Shown here: positions 39,145-51,096 of the stretch, piece after piece | Layout of the letters: every line of letters begins with the position of its first letter | How positions within the stretch are numbered: position 1 is the stretch's first letter | NCBI GenBank assembly: GCA_963822445.1 | Contig: CAWGHO010000002.1 | Coordinates: forward strand, 1,280,001 to 1,344,000 | Reading direction: 5' to 3' | DNA from: an uncultured Acidobacteriota bacterium | Lineage (GTDB): Bacteria > Acidobacteriota > Thermoanaerobaculia > Gp7-AA8 | DNA: 64,000 bases | Translations under genes and position numbers: made by a program | Notes under the pieces: generated by a model | The model's database searches: none | The model's input: only the letters and a program-made list of their open reading frames with translations | Told to the model about the DNA's origin: nothing

Positions 39145-39831
39145 ATGAAGCTTTTCGTTTTCTGTCTCGTGCTCCTGTGCACTGTTGCGGCCGGGGCGCA
39201 GGTCAATGATCTCTCTGCCATGAGGACGCCGCCGGCCGCTGCTGCCGCCGCCGGCGATGACTGCGCCGACGAGCGCGCCTTACTCGACGACTCCGGCACG
39301 CCAGCCACGGCGACGCAGCTTCCGCTCTCGTTTTTTGGCGCTGGCATCGGCGCGATCTCGAGCACCGGCGATGACCGCGTGGAATCTGCGGAAGTCGTCA
39401 ACAACCAGATCGTGGTGACGGAAGACGACGACCTGTCGCTCGGCCCGATCATGGAAGCGCACGCACTGGTATTCACTCTCAATCATTTGTGGGCGCTCCA
39501 CGACGACAAAGGTCGCGTGTACGTTACGCGGGAGAAGCCTTGTCAGGCCGCGGCGCTCTTTCCCACCGTCGCTCACGGACCCTTCGTCGCGCTGCAGCTC
39601 GACTCTGACCAGCTCGTGAGCGCTCTCGGAGTGGGCTGGATGGTCGGCTTCCGCATGAAGCAGTCCGACTCGAGCCTGAACGTCGGCCTCGCGTACACAC
39701 TGCAAAGCGACGTGAAGACACTCGCGGACGGATTCAACGAAGGCCAGGCCCTGCCAGCGGGACAAACAGCGATTCAGTACCACACCGGTCGCGGTTCGGC
39801 GCTGGCCCTCGTGGTGTCGTTCGGTTTCTAG
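39145..39831 (+). CDS. Hypothetical secreted protein, possible outer-membrane beta-barrel
   Basis: TAAGGAGG RBS, signal peptide, alternating beta-strands and terminal LVVSFGF. Confidence 0.65.
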   Translation: MKLFVFCLVLLCTVAAGAQVNDLSAMRTPPAAAAAAGDDCADERALLDDSGTPATATQLPLSFFGAGIGAISSTGDDRVESAEVVNNQIVVTEDDDLSLGPIMEAHALVFTLNHLWALHDDKGRVYVTREKPCQAAALFPTVAHGPFVALQLDSDQLVSALGVGWMVGFRMKQSDSSLNVGLAYTLQSDVKTLADGFNEGQALPAGQTAIQYHTGRGSALALVVSFGF

Positions 39832-40244
39832 TGCTCGCGATTGACGGTGATCATCGCCACCGACTCCTCGAGCCGCGCTTCGACGAGCGCGAACTCGGGG
39901 TCGTGCGATGAGAGGTCCATCAGCTCGCGCTCGGCGCGGCGGCGCTCTTCTTCGGCGGCCGCCGCGTCGATCTCGCCGGGCAGGACGCCCTTCTCGGCGA
40001 GGACGATCACGCGATCGGGAAGCACTTCTGCGAAGCCCCAGGAGATGACCAGCCGTTCGATCTTGCTGCCGGTGCGGTAGCGCAACGGCCCGATCTTCAG
40101 CGTCGCCAGCAGCGGGGTGTGGCCGGGAAGGACGCCGATCTCGCCGTCCGTCGCGGGCAGGATCACCTCGTCGACCTGAACGTCGACGATCTTCCGCTCG
40201 CGCGTGACCACGGTGAGATTGATCTTGTTCGGGAGATCGGCCAT
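39828..40244 (-). CDS. atpC: ATP synthase F1 epsilon subunit
   Basis: GEIGVLPGHTPL and GFAEV motifs; operon position. Confidence 0.95.
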   Translation of the reverse strand: MADLPNKINLTVVTRERKIVDVQVDEVILPATDGEIGVLPGHTPLLATLKIGPLRYRTGSKIERLVISWGFAEVLPDRVIVLAEKGVLPGEIDAAAAEEERRRAERELMDLSSHDPEFALVEARLEESVAMITVNREH

Positions 40245-40260
40245 TTCGGTCTCTGAGTCC

Positions 40261-41742
<1,482 letters not shown>

Positions 41743-42603
41743 TTACTTGCCCGCGGCCGCAGCACCCGAAACGATCTCGATGATTTCCTTCGTGATCGAG
41801 GCCTGGCGGATCCGGTTGTAGGTCAGGGTGAGGTGGCTGATCATCTCGGACGCGTTCTTGGTGGCCGCTTCCATGGCGGTCATGCGCGCGCCCTGCTCCG
41901 CGGCGGCCGATTCGAGCAGCACGCGGTAGAGCTGAAACTCGATGTGCTTCGGGAGGAGCTCGCCGAGGATTTGTTCCGGGCCGGGCGCGTAGAGGTACTC
42001 GATGGCCGGCACGGTGAGATCGACTTCAGGACGCTCCAGCGGCAGCAGACGATCGAGCGAGACGCGCTGGGCGATGATCGATTTGAATTCGTTGTAGAGG
42101 ACGTAGACCGCGTCGAACTCGCCGCTCACGAAATCGGCGATCAGCGATTGGGCGATGTCGCGGACGACTTCCGGCGCCAGCGCCTGCAGCAGTGTGACCT
42201 GCTTCTTCAGCGGCAGATTGCGGCGCTTGAAAAAGTCGCCAGCCTTGCGGCCGATGGTGGTCAGGTGAATGTCCTGCCAGCCCTTTTCGGCGATCGCGTT
42301 CTGCGCCGCGCGGATGATGTTCGTGTTGAACGCGCCGCACAGGCCGCGGTCGGCGGTGACGATCAGCAGGAGGACTTTGTTCTCCTCCTCGCGCGGTGCG
42401 AGAAGCGGGTGCTTGTCCGCTTCGACGCGTGCGGAGACCGAGGCCAGCACCTGCCGCAGCGCGGCGCTGTACGGACGCGCGGCCATCATCCGCTCCTGCG
42501 CGCGGCGCAGCTTCGCCGCGGCCACCATCTTCATGGCCTTGGTGATCTGCTGCGTGTTCTTGACGCTGCGGATGCGACGTCTGAGGTCGATTGTGCTCGG
42601 CAT
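41743..42603 (-). CDS. atpG: ATP synthase F1 gamma subunit
   Basis: ITKAMKMVAAAK, DRGLCGAFN and RQASITKEIIEI motifs. Confidence 0.97.
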   Translation of the reverse strand: MPSTIDLRRRIRSVKNTQQITKAMKMVAAAKLRRAQERMMAARPYSAALRQVLASVSARVEADKHPLLAPREEENKVLLLIVTADRGLCGAFNTNIIRAAQNAIAEKGWQDIHLTTIGRKAGDFFKRRNLPLKKQVTLLQALAPEVVRDIAQSLIADFVSGEFDAVYVLYNEFKSIIAQRVSLDRLLPLERPEVDLTVPAIEYLYAPGPEQILGELLPKHIEFQLYRVLLESAAAEQGARMTAMEAATKNASEMISHLTLTYNRIRQASITKEIIEIVSGAAAAGK

Positions 42604-42609
42604 TGAAGT

Positions 42610-44148
<1,539 letters not shown>

Positions 44149-44191
44149 GAAGTCTCCGTAATGGCGCGCGATATGTCTCGCGTGAAATTGA

Positions 44192-44728
44192 TCAGGTTAA
44201 TGAGTCGCGAAATTTGTGAATCTTTCCGGCGACCGAGGCGTCCCAGATCTCGCTGCCGATCTGGGCCACGAACCCGCCCAGCAGGTTCGGGTCGGTCTTC
44301 ACATCCAGCTCGACCTGCTTGCCGGTCTTCTTCGACAGGGTCTCGGCAAGCTGCCGCAGCTCGTCGGGGCTGAGGCTCTTGGCGCTGCGCACTTCGGCTA
44401 CGGCCACGCCGAGGGCCTTGTTCACCTGCGCGGCGACGGCGGCCAGGATCGAGGAGATGTCGTTGATGCGATGGAAGCGCACCAGCACGTCCAGGGTCTT
44501 CTTGGCGAGGTCGGACATCTTCATCCTGCTCGCGAGCTGGGCGGTGATCTTCAGCTTCGTGGCCTCGTCGATGCCGGGATTCGCGAAAAGCTCGTGAAGC
44601 TCGGGGGAGGTTTTCAGCGCGGTCTCGAAGCGCATCAGCTCACCGCGAAGCTCGTTCGCTTTCTGCGGGCTGCCGGCGGCGTCGATGATGGCGTTGGCGT
44701 AGGGGCGGGCGAATTTTCGGATTCTCAT
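44192..44728 (-). CDS. atpH: ATP synthase F1 delta subunit
   Basis: ARPYANA and DPNLLGG...DASV motifs. Confidence 0.93.
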   Translation of the reverse strand: MRIRKFARPYANAIIDAAGSPQKANELRGELMRFETALKTSPELHELFANPGIDEATKLKITAQLASRMKMSDLAKKTLDVLVRFHRINDISSILAAVAAQVNKALGVAVAEVRSAKSLSPDELRQLAETLSKKTGKQVELDVKTDPNLLGGFVAQIGSEIWDASVAGKIHKFRDSLT

Positions 44729-44747
44729 GACGCGACTCCGGAGGGCC

Positions 44748-44834
44748 GAATGCAGAATGCAGAATGCAGAATGCAGAAAGGGGCCTGCACTTGTCTTTCA
44801 GGTTTCTGCATTCTGCATTCTGCTTTCTGCATTC
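44748..44834. repeat. Inverted pair of heptamer arrays, (GCAGAAT)n / (ATTCTGC)n
   Basis: About 4 units per arm around a ~25 bp loop, between atpF and atpH; same unit at 57827-57918. Confidence 0.88.
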
Positions 44835-44837
44835 GCT

Positions 44838-45488
44838 TCACCCCGCCACCTCTCCCACCTGCCGCAAGCTCTCCTGAAACAGCTTGCTCTGATCTTCCGC
44901 GGTGATCTTTTCGCGCAGGATCTGCTCCGCGCGCTCGCTGGCCAGCTGACCGGCATACGCGGTGAGCTCGGTGCGGGCGTGCTTGAGACGGTTGTCGACT
45001 TCGTTCTTCGCCGCGGTGAGGATCTTCTGCGCCTCGGCCTCGGCGGCCGCAATCAGCTCGCGCTTCTGGCGCTCGCCTTCGGCCTGGGCGCGCTCGTGAA
45101 TGGCGCGCACTTCCTGTTCGATCTGGGTGAGCCGCGCCTGGATGTCGCTGGCCATCTGATCGGCTTTGACGCGGCGCTCTTTGGCCTCATCGGCCGTGCG
45201 GCGGATCGCTGCGCTGCGCTCGGCGAAGGCTCGCTTCACCGGTCCGCCGACGAAGTACACCAGCACGCCGATGAACAGGACCATGTTGGCGATCTTCAGG
45301 ATCCAGCCGGGGATGCCGAAGTAGGTTTTCTCGTGATGCTCGGCGCCGGCAGCAGCACCCTCTGTCGGATGCACTTTCTCGTGCGTCTCGGCTTCGGCGC
45401 CGTGCGCCGCGGTGCCGCCGGTCTTGTCGACCTGCGCAAACAGCGCGGGAGTAACGAGCAGCAGAACGATCAAAAGCAGTCTGCGCAT
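44838..45488 (-). CDS. atpF: ATP synthase F0 subunit b
   Basis: N-terminal extension, TM helix (KIANMVLFIGVL) and long coiled coil. Confidence 0.88.
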   Translation of the reverse strand: MRRLLLIVLLLVTPALFAQVDKTGGTAAHGAEAETHEKVHPTEGAAAGAEHHEKTYFGIPGWILKIANMVLFIGVLVYFVGGPVKRAFAERSAAIRRTADEAKERRVKADQMASDIQARLTQIEQEVRAIHERAQAEGERQKRELIAAAEAEAQKILTAAKNEVDNRLKHARTELTAYAGQLASERAEQILREKITAEDQSKLFQESLRQVGEVAG

Positions 45489-45916
45489 CAGACGGCCCTC
45501 CCGAGGATGCGCTCGGCGGCCATGCGGGCCAGGGATTCGGCTTCGCGGGAGATCTGCTCGCGCGCCGCAACCACGTCAGCGCTCAGGCGCTGATCCGCTT
45601 CGGCCACAACCTGCTTGCCTTCGGCGGCGGTGCGGTCGACGAGCTGCTGGCGAAACGCGGCCGCTTCGGCGCGACGTGCATCGCGCACCTGCGCGGCCTC
45701 ACGCTTGGCGACATGAAGCTGGCTTTCCATCTGCGCGGCGGCCTCGTTGAAACGGGCAAGCGCCCCCTCGTACAGCTCCTCGGCGGTGCGCTGTTCCATC
45801 GCGCGCGCCTCGAGGATCTCGTTCACGGGCTGCAGAAAGAACTTCCTCACCACGAAGTAGTTGAGGATGAAGATCGCCATGATCGCGAACAGAGATAGAT
45901 CGGGTATCAGTTGCAT
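45488..45916 (-). CDS. ATP synthase F0 subunit b'
   Basis: PDLSL TM helix, FLQPV..ILEAR and coiled coil ending ILGRAV. Confidence 0.85.
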   Translation of the reverse strand: MQLIPDLSLFAIMAIFILNYFVVRKFFLQPVNEILEARAMEQRTAEELYEGALARFNEAAAQMESQLHVAKREAAQVRDARRAEAAAFRQQLVDRTAAEGKQVVAEADQRLSADVVAAREQISREAESLARMAAERILGRAV

Positions 45917-46039
45917 AGTTGTTCGTGGATGCTTCGAGGCCTGTCTGAGGAGGGCTCCGGAGAGCGCAAAGACCTGAAAAGCCCGCGCTTTTTACCACAG
46001 TGAAAGAACGTTGTCACCCTCCCGGTTCCGCCGTCGTGA

Positions 46040-46603
46040 ATGGCCACGGACGACTACCGGAAGATCCTCGAGCGGGCTGATGAGCACTTCAGTTCGGTGA
46101 TGAAGTCCCAGCCGCAGAATCTGCAGTGCGGCGCGGGCTGCTCGCTGTGCTGCTACGGGCTGTTCGAGATCGGATCGGGCGACGTGCCGATCATCGCCGA
46201 GGGCCTGGCGGCCATGCCGCCTGCGCGGCGGAAGAAAGTCATCAGGCGCGCGCAGGAAATCGTCGACACGAACGACCATCCGAACCTGCGGGAGTGCTCG
46301 CCGGACGAGAAGGAAGCGTTCTTCACGCGGACGCAGTCGACGCCCTGCCCGAACCTCGACGAGGCCGGCCTTTGCCTGATGTACGAGCATCGCCCGCTGG
46401 TCTGCCGGACGTTTGGACTGCCGCTGCGCGACGGCCGCAAGTACATCGGCGACATCTGCGAGCTGAATTTCAAGGAGTCGACGCAACGCGAACGGATGCG
46501 CGCTTCCTGGGACCTGGAATGGGAAGACGTGCTCGGTCCCGAGGATGAGTTCACGATCCCGGAAGTGATCATGATGGTCGCGCGGATGCGCGGCTGGCTT
46601 TAG
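46040..46603 (+). CDS. YkgJ-family cysteine-cluster (CxxCxxCC) protein
   Basis: CGAGCSLCC, CPNL...CLMYEHRPLVCRTFG. Confidence 0.88.
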   Translation: MATDDYRKILERADEHFSSVMKSQPQNLQCGAGCSLCCYGLFEIGSGDVPIIAEGLAAMPPARRKKVIRRAQEIVDTNDHPNLRECSPDEKEAFFTRTQSTPCPNLDEAGLCLMYEHRPLVCRTFGLPLRDGRKYIGDICELNFKESTQRERMRASWDLEWEDVLGPEDEFTIPEVIMMVARMRGWL

Positions 46604-48372
46604 TGCCGGACGCCGCGAGCGCGCGTCGGCCGGTCGTCGTCGAGGATGGTGATGACTACCGAGTCGCGCACGATGATCAGTCCGGACGGATCGCGGAAAT
46701 CGACGTCGAAGGTCGTCAGCGGCTCGGCGACGTCATCGCCGCGGATGCGAATGGCGACGGTTTTCTCCGTCTCGCCGGGCGCGAACGTGACCGTCTCGCT
46801 CATTTCCACGTAGTCATCCGACGGGAACTCGCGCGTCTGCACGACCACGCTGGCCGGCGCCTCGCTCGCGCGGGAGAGCGTCAGCAGCAGCCGCATCTCG
46901 GTCAACGTGTCGCCCTCGACGGTGATCCTGTCTTCGACACGCAGTTGCGGCCACTCCCATTCGCGATCGTCGTCCATGATGATTCCGGTTCCGGGACGGG
47001 AGTCGTACTCGATGCCCTGCGCGGGACCGACGAACAGTCCGAAGTACTCGTCTCCCTCGACCTCGGAATCAGCCACGATCGGAACGGGAATCTCTTTCAA
47101 CACCTCGCCGGGCTGGAAGGTGATCGTGCTGATGCCTTTCGACGCGAAGTCGGGCCCCGACCGCGCCCTACCACCGGGCAGCCAGGCGTCGTTCAGCGAA
47201 TCCGCAGCGACCCAGCGGACGACGATGGGCGTCTCGGACGGACGGGAAAGCTCGAGGCGGAAGACGGCGGTGGTTCCTTCGATGGCGATGGCGTCGTGGA
47301 CCTTCAGCCATCGAACGTCCGTGTCGTCGTCGCGGATCCTGCCGCCGGCGAGGGAATGCTGAAGATTCGCACCATCGGCTTTCGTGAGCTCGACGTCGAA
47401 GAACTCCCAGAAGTACTCCGCCTCGTCGTCGGCCAGCACCTCGACCTCGATCCACTTCACCCGCTCGCCCGGCTCGAACCGCAGTAAGCCGCTCTGCCCG
47501 ACGAAATCGACCTCCTCGGTCGCGGAGCGCTCTTCCGTTTCGTAGAAAACGGAAACGCCGCGGAGGCTCGGTTCGGTGAGGGCCACGCGGAATCGCGCGA
47601 ACGTCGGCAGGCCGGTGCCCTCGATGACGTCGACGTTGTCGATCGAGACGCCGGGCAGCGTGTTCGGCTCGTCGTCGTCGAGGATCGTGAAGACCGCGGT
47701 GGAGCTCAGCCCGTCGAGCTGGAGAAGAAACGTCTCGTCGGCTTCGTAGCGGTCGTCGCCGTAGATGGTGATGGGGACCGCGACCGACTTTCTGCCCGGC
47801 CGGAAGGTAACCGTCTCGTCGACCGGCTTGTAGTCGACGCGCTCGCGGGCAGTGATCGGCGTGGAGAACACCCGCACGGAGTAGGAAATCTCGAACGCCA
47901 CGGGCAGCGTGACGAAGGCTTCGACCTGTTTCTCGAAAAGCTCACCCTCTTGCGCGCTGCCGGGCGTGATCCGCGGCTCGGGATACACGCTGTCGTCCTG
48001 GATGGTGATGGAAACGCGATTCGTGACCGCGACCGCGTTCTCGACGTCGGTCACATCGAGGTAGAAGGTTTCCTCGAGCTCGGCGATGTTGTCATCGACG
48101 ATGACGATGCGGATGATCGTTCCGGATGATGTCTCGACGCGCTTGTTGCTGATGGCGACGTAGTCTTCGCCGGCGACGGCGGTGCCGTCCGCGGTAGAGA
48201 CGCGAAACCGCGCCGGCTGATCTTCCGGAGTGATGACGAAGACGCGGACTTCCGCGGGCGAGTCATCCTCTTTGACGATCTCCGACGTGAGCCGCAACTC
48301 GGGCAGCGCGGCCAGCGCACCGTTGGAGACGACGAGAAAGAACAGCGCCGCAACCGCGCGGAAAGGGGTCAT
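46600..48372 (-). CDS. Secreted Calx-beta repeat protein
   Basis: Signal peptide; about 5 repeats with TADGTA..GEDY, F.PGE..K.(I/V).(I/V) and I.DDD; ends RARGVRH. Confidence 0.88.
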   Translation of the reverse strand: MTPFRAVAALFFLVVSNGALAALPELRLTSEIVKEDDSPAEVRVFVITPEDQPARFRVSTADGTAVAGEDYVAISNKRVETSSGTIIRIVIVDDNIAELEETFYLDVTDVENAVAVTNRVSITIQDDSVYPEPRITPGSAQEGELFEKQVEAFVTLPVAFEISYSVRVFSTPITARERVDYKPVDETVTFRPGRKSVAVPITIYGDDRYEADETFLLQLDGLSSTAVFTILDDDEPNTLPGVSIDNVDVIEGTGLPTFARFRVALTEPSLRGVSVFYETEERSATEEVDFVGQSGLLRFEPGERVKWIEVEVLADDEAEYFWEFFDVELTKADGANLQHSLAGGRIRDDDTDVRWLKVHDAIAIEGTTAVFRLELSRPSETPIVVRWVAADSLNDAWLPGGRARSGPDFASKGISTITFQPGEVLKEIPVPIVADSEVEGDEYFGLFVGPAQGIEYDSRPGTGIIMDDDREWEWPQLRVEDRITVEGDTLTEMRLLLTLSRASEAPASVVVQTREFPSDDYVEMSETVTFAPGETEKTVAIRIRGDDVAEPLTTFDVDFRDPSGLIIVRDSVVITILDDDRPTRARGVRH

Positions 48373-48380
48373 GGGAAGAA

Positions 48381-48752
48381 TTACGCTTTTGCCGCGATGT
48401 TCGTCACGCTGCCGCCCTTTTTGTCACCCATCACGCAGTTGCCCTGGAAGATGGCTCCTTCTTCAATGATGAGCGCTGGCGTGTCGACGTCGCTGTAGAC
48501 CTTGCCGTTGCGATGGATCTCGACGCGCTGCGTGGCGACGATGCGGCCGACCACCGTGCCGCTGATGGCAATGCGGCCGACGTGGAACTCCCCTTCGATG
48601 TGCGCGCTCTCGCCGACGATCAACTCGTTCTTCGAAGTGATCTTGCCGTTGAACTTCCCGTCGATGCGCATCGTGTCCTCGAACTCGAGCTCACCCTTGA
48701 AGGAGGAGCCGCGATCGAGGAAGCCGTTGAGGTCACCACTTTTGTTTTTCAT
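48381..48752 (-). CDS. Bactofilin (polymer-forming cytoskeletal protein)
   Basis: FKGELEF..RIDGKFNG, ISGTVVG and LIIEEGAIFQGNC motifs. Confidence 0.92.
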   Translation of the reverse strand: MKNKSGDLNGFLDRGSSFKGELEFEDTMRIDGKFNGKITSKNELIVGESAHIEGEFHVGRIAISGTVVGRIVATQRVEIHRNGKVYSDVDTPALIIEEGAIFQGNCVMGDKKGGSVTNIAAKA

Positions 48753-48761
48753 AAGTCTCCC

Positions 48762-48830
48762 GGGTTGTCAGGTTATCCGGTTGTCGGGTTGTCGGGCCTG
48801 CACCTGACAACCTGACAACCCGATAACCTG
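48762..48830. repeat. Inverted pair of octamer arrays, (GGTTGTCR)n / (TGACAACC)n
   Basis: 3-4 units per arm between parB and the bactofilin gene. Confidence 0.82.
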
Positions 48831-48835
48831 GTCAC

Positions 48836-49711
48836 CTATCTCCGTCTCCCCATCAACTCATCCACCAACCGAATCAACTCGTCTTCACTGCCGAAGCGCA
48901 CGTGAATCACGCCGCCGCGGCGTTTGCGGTCGATCTCCACTTTGCACCGTAGAGTTCTTTGCAGCCGTTCTTCCGCGTCGCGGGTGAAGACATCTTTTTC
49001 CTTTTCCGGCTCGGCCGCCTTGGGGGAGCTTTCGGCGGCGAGCATCTCCGTTTGCCTTACGTTCAGATTGCGCTTCACGACCCGTTCCGCGAGCTGCTCC
49101 TGCTTCTTCGGGGAGTCCACGGCCAGAATGGCTCGGGCATGGCCCATGGAGAGCTGTCCTGACGCGAGCAGCTTCTTGACCGAATCGGGTAACTTCAATA
49201 GACGCAGGAAGTTAGCGACGGTCGGACGTTCTTTCCCCACCCGCTTTGAGATCTCCTCCTGGGTGAGGCCGAACTCTTCATGGAGCTGGTGATAGGCGTA
49301 CGCCTCTTCGATCGGGTTCAGGTCTTCGCGCTGGATGTTCTCGATGAGCGCGATCTGCAGGGTATCGCTGTCGGTGAGGGTCTCTTTGACGACGACCGGA
49401 ACGAGGGTCAGCCCGGCCTTCTGTGCCGCGCGAAAGCGGCGCTCGCCGGCGATGAGCCGATACTTATTGTCACCAGTGCGGGTGACGACGAGAGGCTGGA
49501 TGATGCCGTGCTCGCGGACGCTCCTCGCCAGATCTTCGATCGACGCGTCGTTGAAGGTCCGGCGCGGCTGGTAAGGGTTCGGCGAGATCTGCTCGATCGG
49601 GACATTGGCCAGACCGGCGCCTTGCGGCGGCGGCGGAGGTGCTTCCGCGACGGGCTTGCTGGGGATGAGGGCGCCGAGGCCGCGACCGAGGGCTTTTTTC
49701 TGGGTGCTCAT
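48836..49711 (-). CDS. parB: Chromosome partition protein ParB
   Basis: ALGRGLGALI, NPYQPR, IAGERRFRA and ENIQREDLNPIEEA motifs. Confidence 0.97.
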   Translation of the reverse strand: MSTQKKALGRGLGALIPSKPVAEAPPPPPQGAGLANVPIEQISPNPYQPRRTFNDASIEDLARSVREHGIIQPLVVTRTGDNKYRLIAGERRFRAAQKAGLTLVPVVVKETLTDSDTLQIALIENIQREDLNPIEEAYAYHQLHEEFGLTQEEISKRVGKERPTVANFLRLLKLPDSVKKLLASGQLSMGHARAILAVDSPKKQEQLAERVVKRNLNVRQTEMLAAESSPKAAEPEKEKDVFTRDAEERLQRTLRCKVEIDRKRRGGVIHVRFGSEDELIRLVDELMGRRR

Positions 49712-50481
49712 GCGAGAACGCTCTCCGCGCGCTGAATGAACTCCTTGGCCAGGTTGACGTACGCCTCGCTGCCGCGGGAGCGGATGTCGTAGAGAATGAT
49801 CGGCTTGCCGAACGACGGCGCCTCGCCCAGCCGGACGTTTCTCGGGATCACGGTGTTGTAGACCTTCGCGCCGAAGTGCGACCGGACCTCATCGGCGACC
49901 TGGCGGGCAAGATTCATCCGCTCGTCGTACATGGTCAGGGCGATGCCTTCGATGTCGAGCGTGGGATTGAGGATGTCCCGGACCCGCTCGACGGTGTTCA
50001 TGAGCTGGGCGACGCCTTCGATCGCGAAGTACTCGCACTGCATCGGGACCAGGACGGAGCTCGCCGCGGCCAGTCCGTTGATGGTGAGCAGCCCCAGCGA
50101 CGGCGGCGAATCGATCAGCACGTAATCGAACTCTTTGGCCACGTCGGCCAGCGCCTTCCGGAGGTGGAACTCGCGGCCGATGGCGTCGGAGAGCTCGAGC
50201 TCGGCCGCGACCAGATCGACCGAGGAGGGGGCGACCTGGAAGTTCGGCAGCTCGGTGGGCTGGATGATCTCGCGGATGTTCATCCCGTCGGTGAGGACGG
50301 GGTACATCGACTTGTCTAGGTTCTTGGGGATGCCCACGCCGGAGGTGGCGTTGGCCTGAGGGTCGAGATCGACGAGGAGCACGCTCCGCTCGCAGGCTGC
50401 CAGGGAGGCGGCCAGATTGATGGCGGTCGTCGTTTTACCGACGCCCCCCTTCTGATTAACAAGCGTGATGATTTTGCCCAT
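49708..50481 (-). CDS. parA: Chromosome partition ATPase ParA/Soj
   Basis: NQKGGVGKTT, DLDPQANAT and EAPSFG motifs. Confidence 0.97.
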   Translation of the reverse strand: MGKIITLVNQKGGVGKTTTAINLAASLAACERSVLLVDLDPQANATSGVGIPKNLDKSMYPVLTDGMNIREIIQPTELPNFQVAPSSVDLVAAELELSDAIGREFHLRKALADVAKEFDYVLIDSPPSLGLLTINGLAAASSVLVPMQCEYFAIEGVAQLMNTVERVRDILNPTLDIEGIALTMYDERMNLARQVADEVRSHFGAKVYNTVIPRNVRLGEAPSFGKPIILYDIRSRGSEAYVNLAKEFIQRAESVLA

Positions 50482-51080
50482 TAAAGATGTTCCACGTGGA
50501 ACGTTAAGACTTTGAGGTAGTTGGATTCGCCACGAGGGAGCCGGATGGCTTCCGTGGCCGTGAATCCCGCGATCTCAGGCGCGTCCGGAGAACCCTGAAA
50601 CAGCGCGACTCGCGCGCCATTCTCCAGATGCCCTTTCAGCGTCGGAACCCACTCTTCCGGCTCCCCAACTGCCCTCGATACGACCAGGGAAAAGCGGAGA
50701 GTCTCGGGAAGCCGGGCCAAAAGGCGCGCCAATCTATCACCGTAAACCAGCGAGTTCAATCCGCACTCCCGCACCACATGCTTCAAAAACGCCCACTTTT
50801 TCTGGTCCGCCTCGCACAGATGAAAGCGGGCCTCCGGCGAAACGATGGCCATGGGGATGGCCGGCAGACCGCCACCGGAGCCGAAGTCGAGGACCTCCCC
50901 TTTCGGCTGGAGGATCTCCGCGGCCGCGACGGCCTCGGCGATGTGGTCGTCGAGGTTCTCGCGCGCCTCGGGACCGATAAGGTTTACCTTTGCCGTCCAC
51001 TTCAGGAGCTCGGACTTATAAGTGGCGAGTGATGAGGGATGAGGGATGAGTGGCCCGCCGCCCGGTATCTTACTCATCAC
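50481..51080 (-). CDS. rsmG: 16S rRNA m7G527 methyltransferase (start uncertain)
   Basis: LLKW...NL, LDFGSGGGLPAI, KKWAFL and VSRA motifs; lies between mnmG and parA. Confidence 0.88.
   Translation of the reverse strand: MMSKIPGGGPLIPHPSSLATYKSELLKWTAKVNLIGPEARENLDDHIAEAVAAAEILQPKGEVLDFGSGGGLPAIPMAIVSPEARFHLCEADQKKWAFLKHVVRECGLNSLVYGDRLARLLARLPETLRFSLVVSRAVGEPEEWVPTLKGHLENGARVALFQGSPDAPEIAGFTATEAIRLPRGESNYLKVLTFHVEHL
50488..50503. promoter_or_regulatory. parS site inside the rsmG 3' end
   Basis: TGTTCCACGTGGAACG, 15/16 match to the palindromic parS. Confidence 0.85.
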
Positions 51081-51096
51081 TCATCCCTCATCACTC
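51027..51096. repeat. Inverted pair of heptamer arrays, (GATGAG[G/T])n / ([C/A]CTCATC)n
   Basis: Spans the mnmG stop codon and the rsmG 5' region. Confidence 0.8.

Noticed and set aside
44748-44834. Short tandem arrays as CRISPR repeats
   Set aside because: The units are 7-8 nt with no unique spacers, and there are no cas genes.
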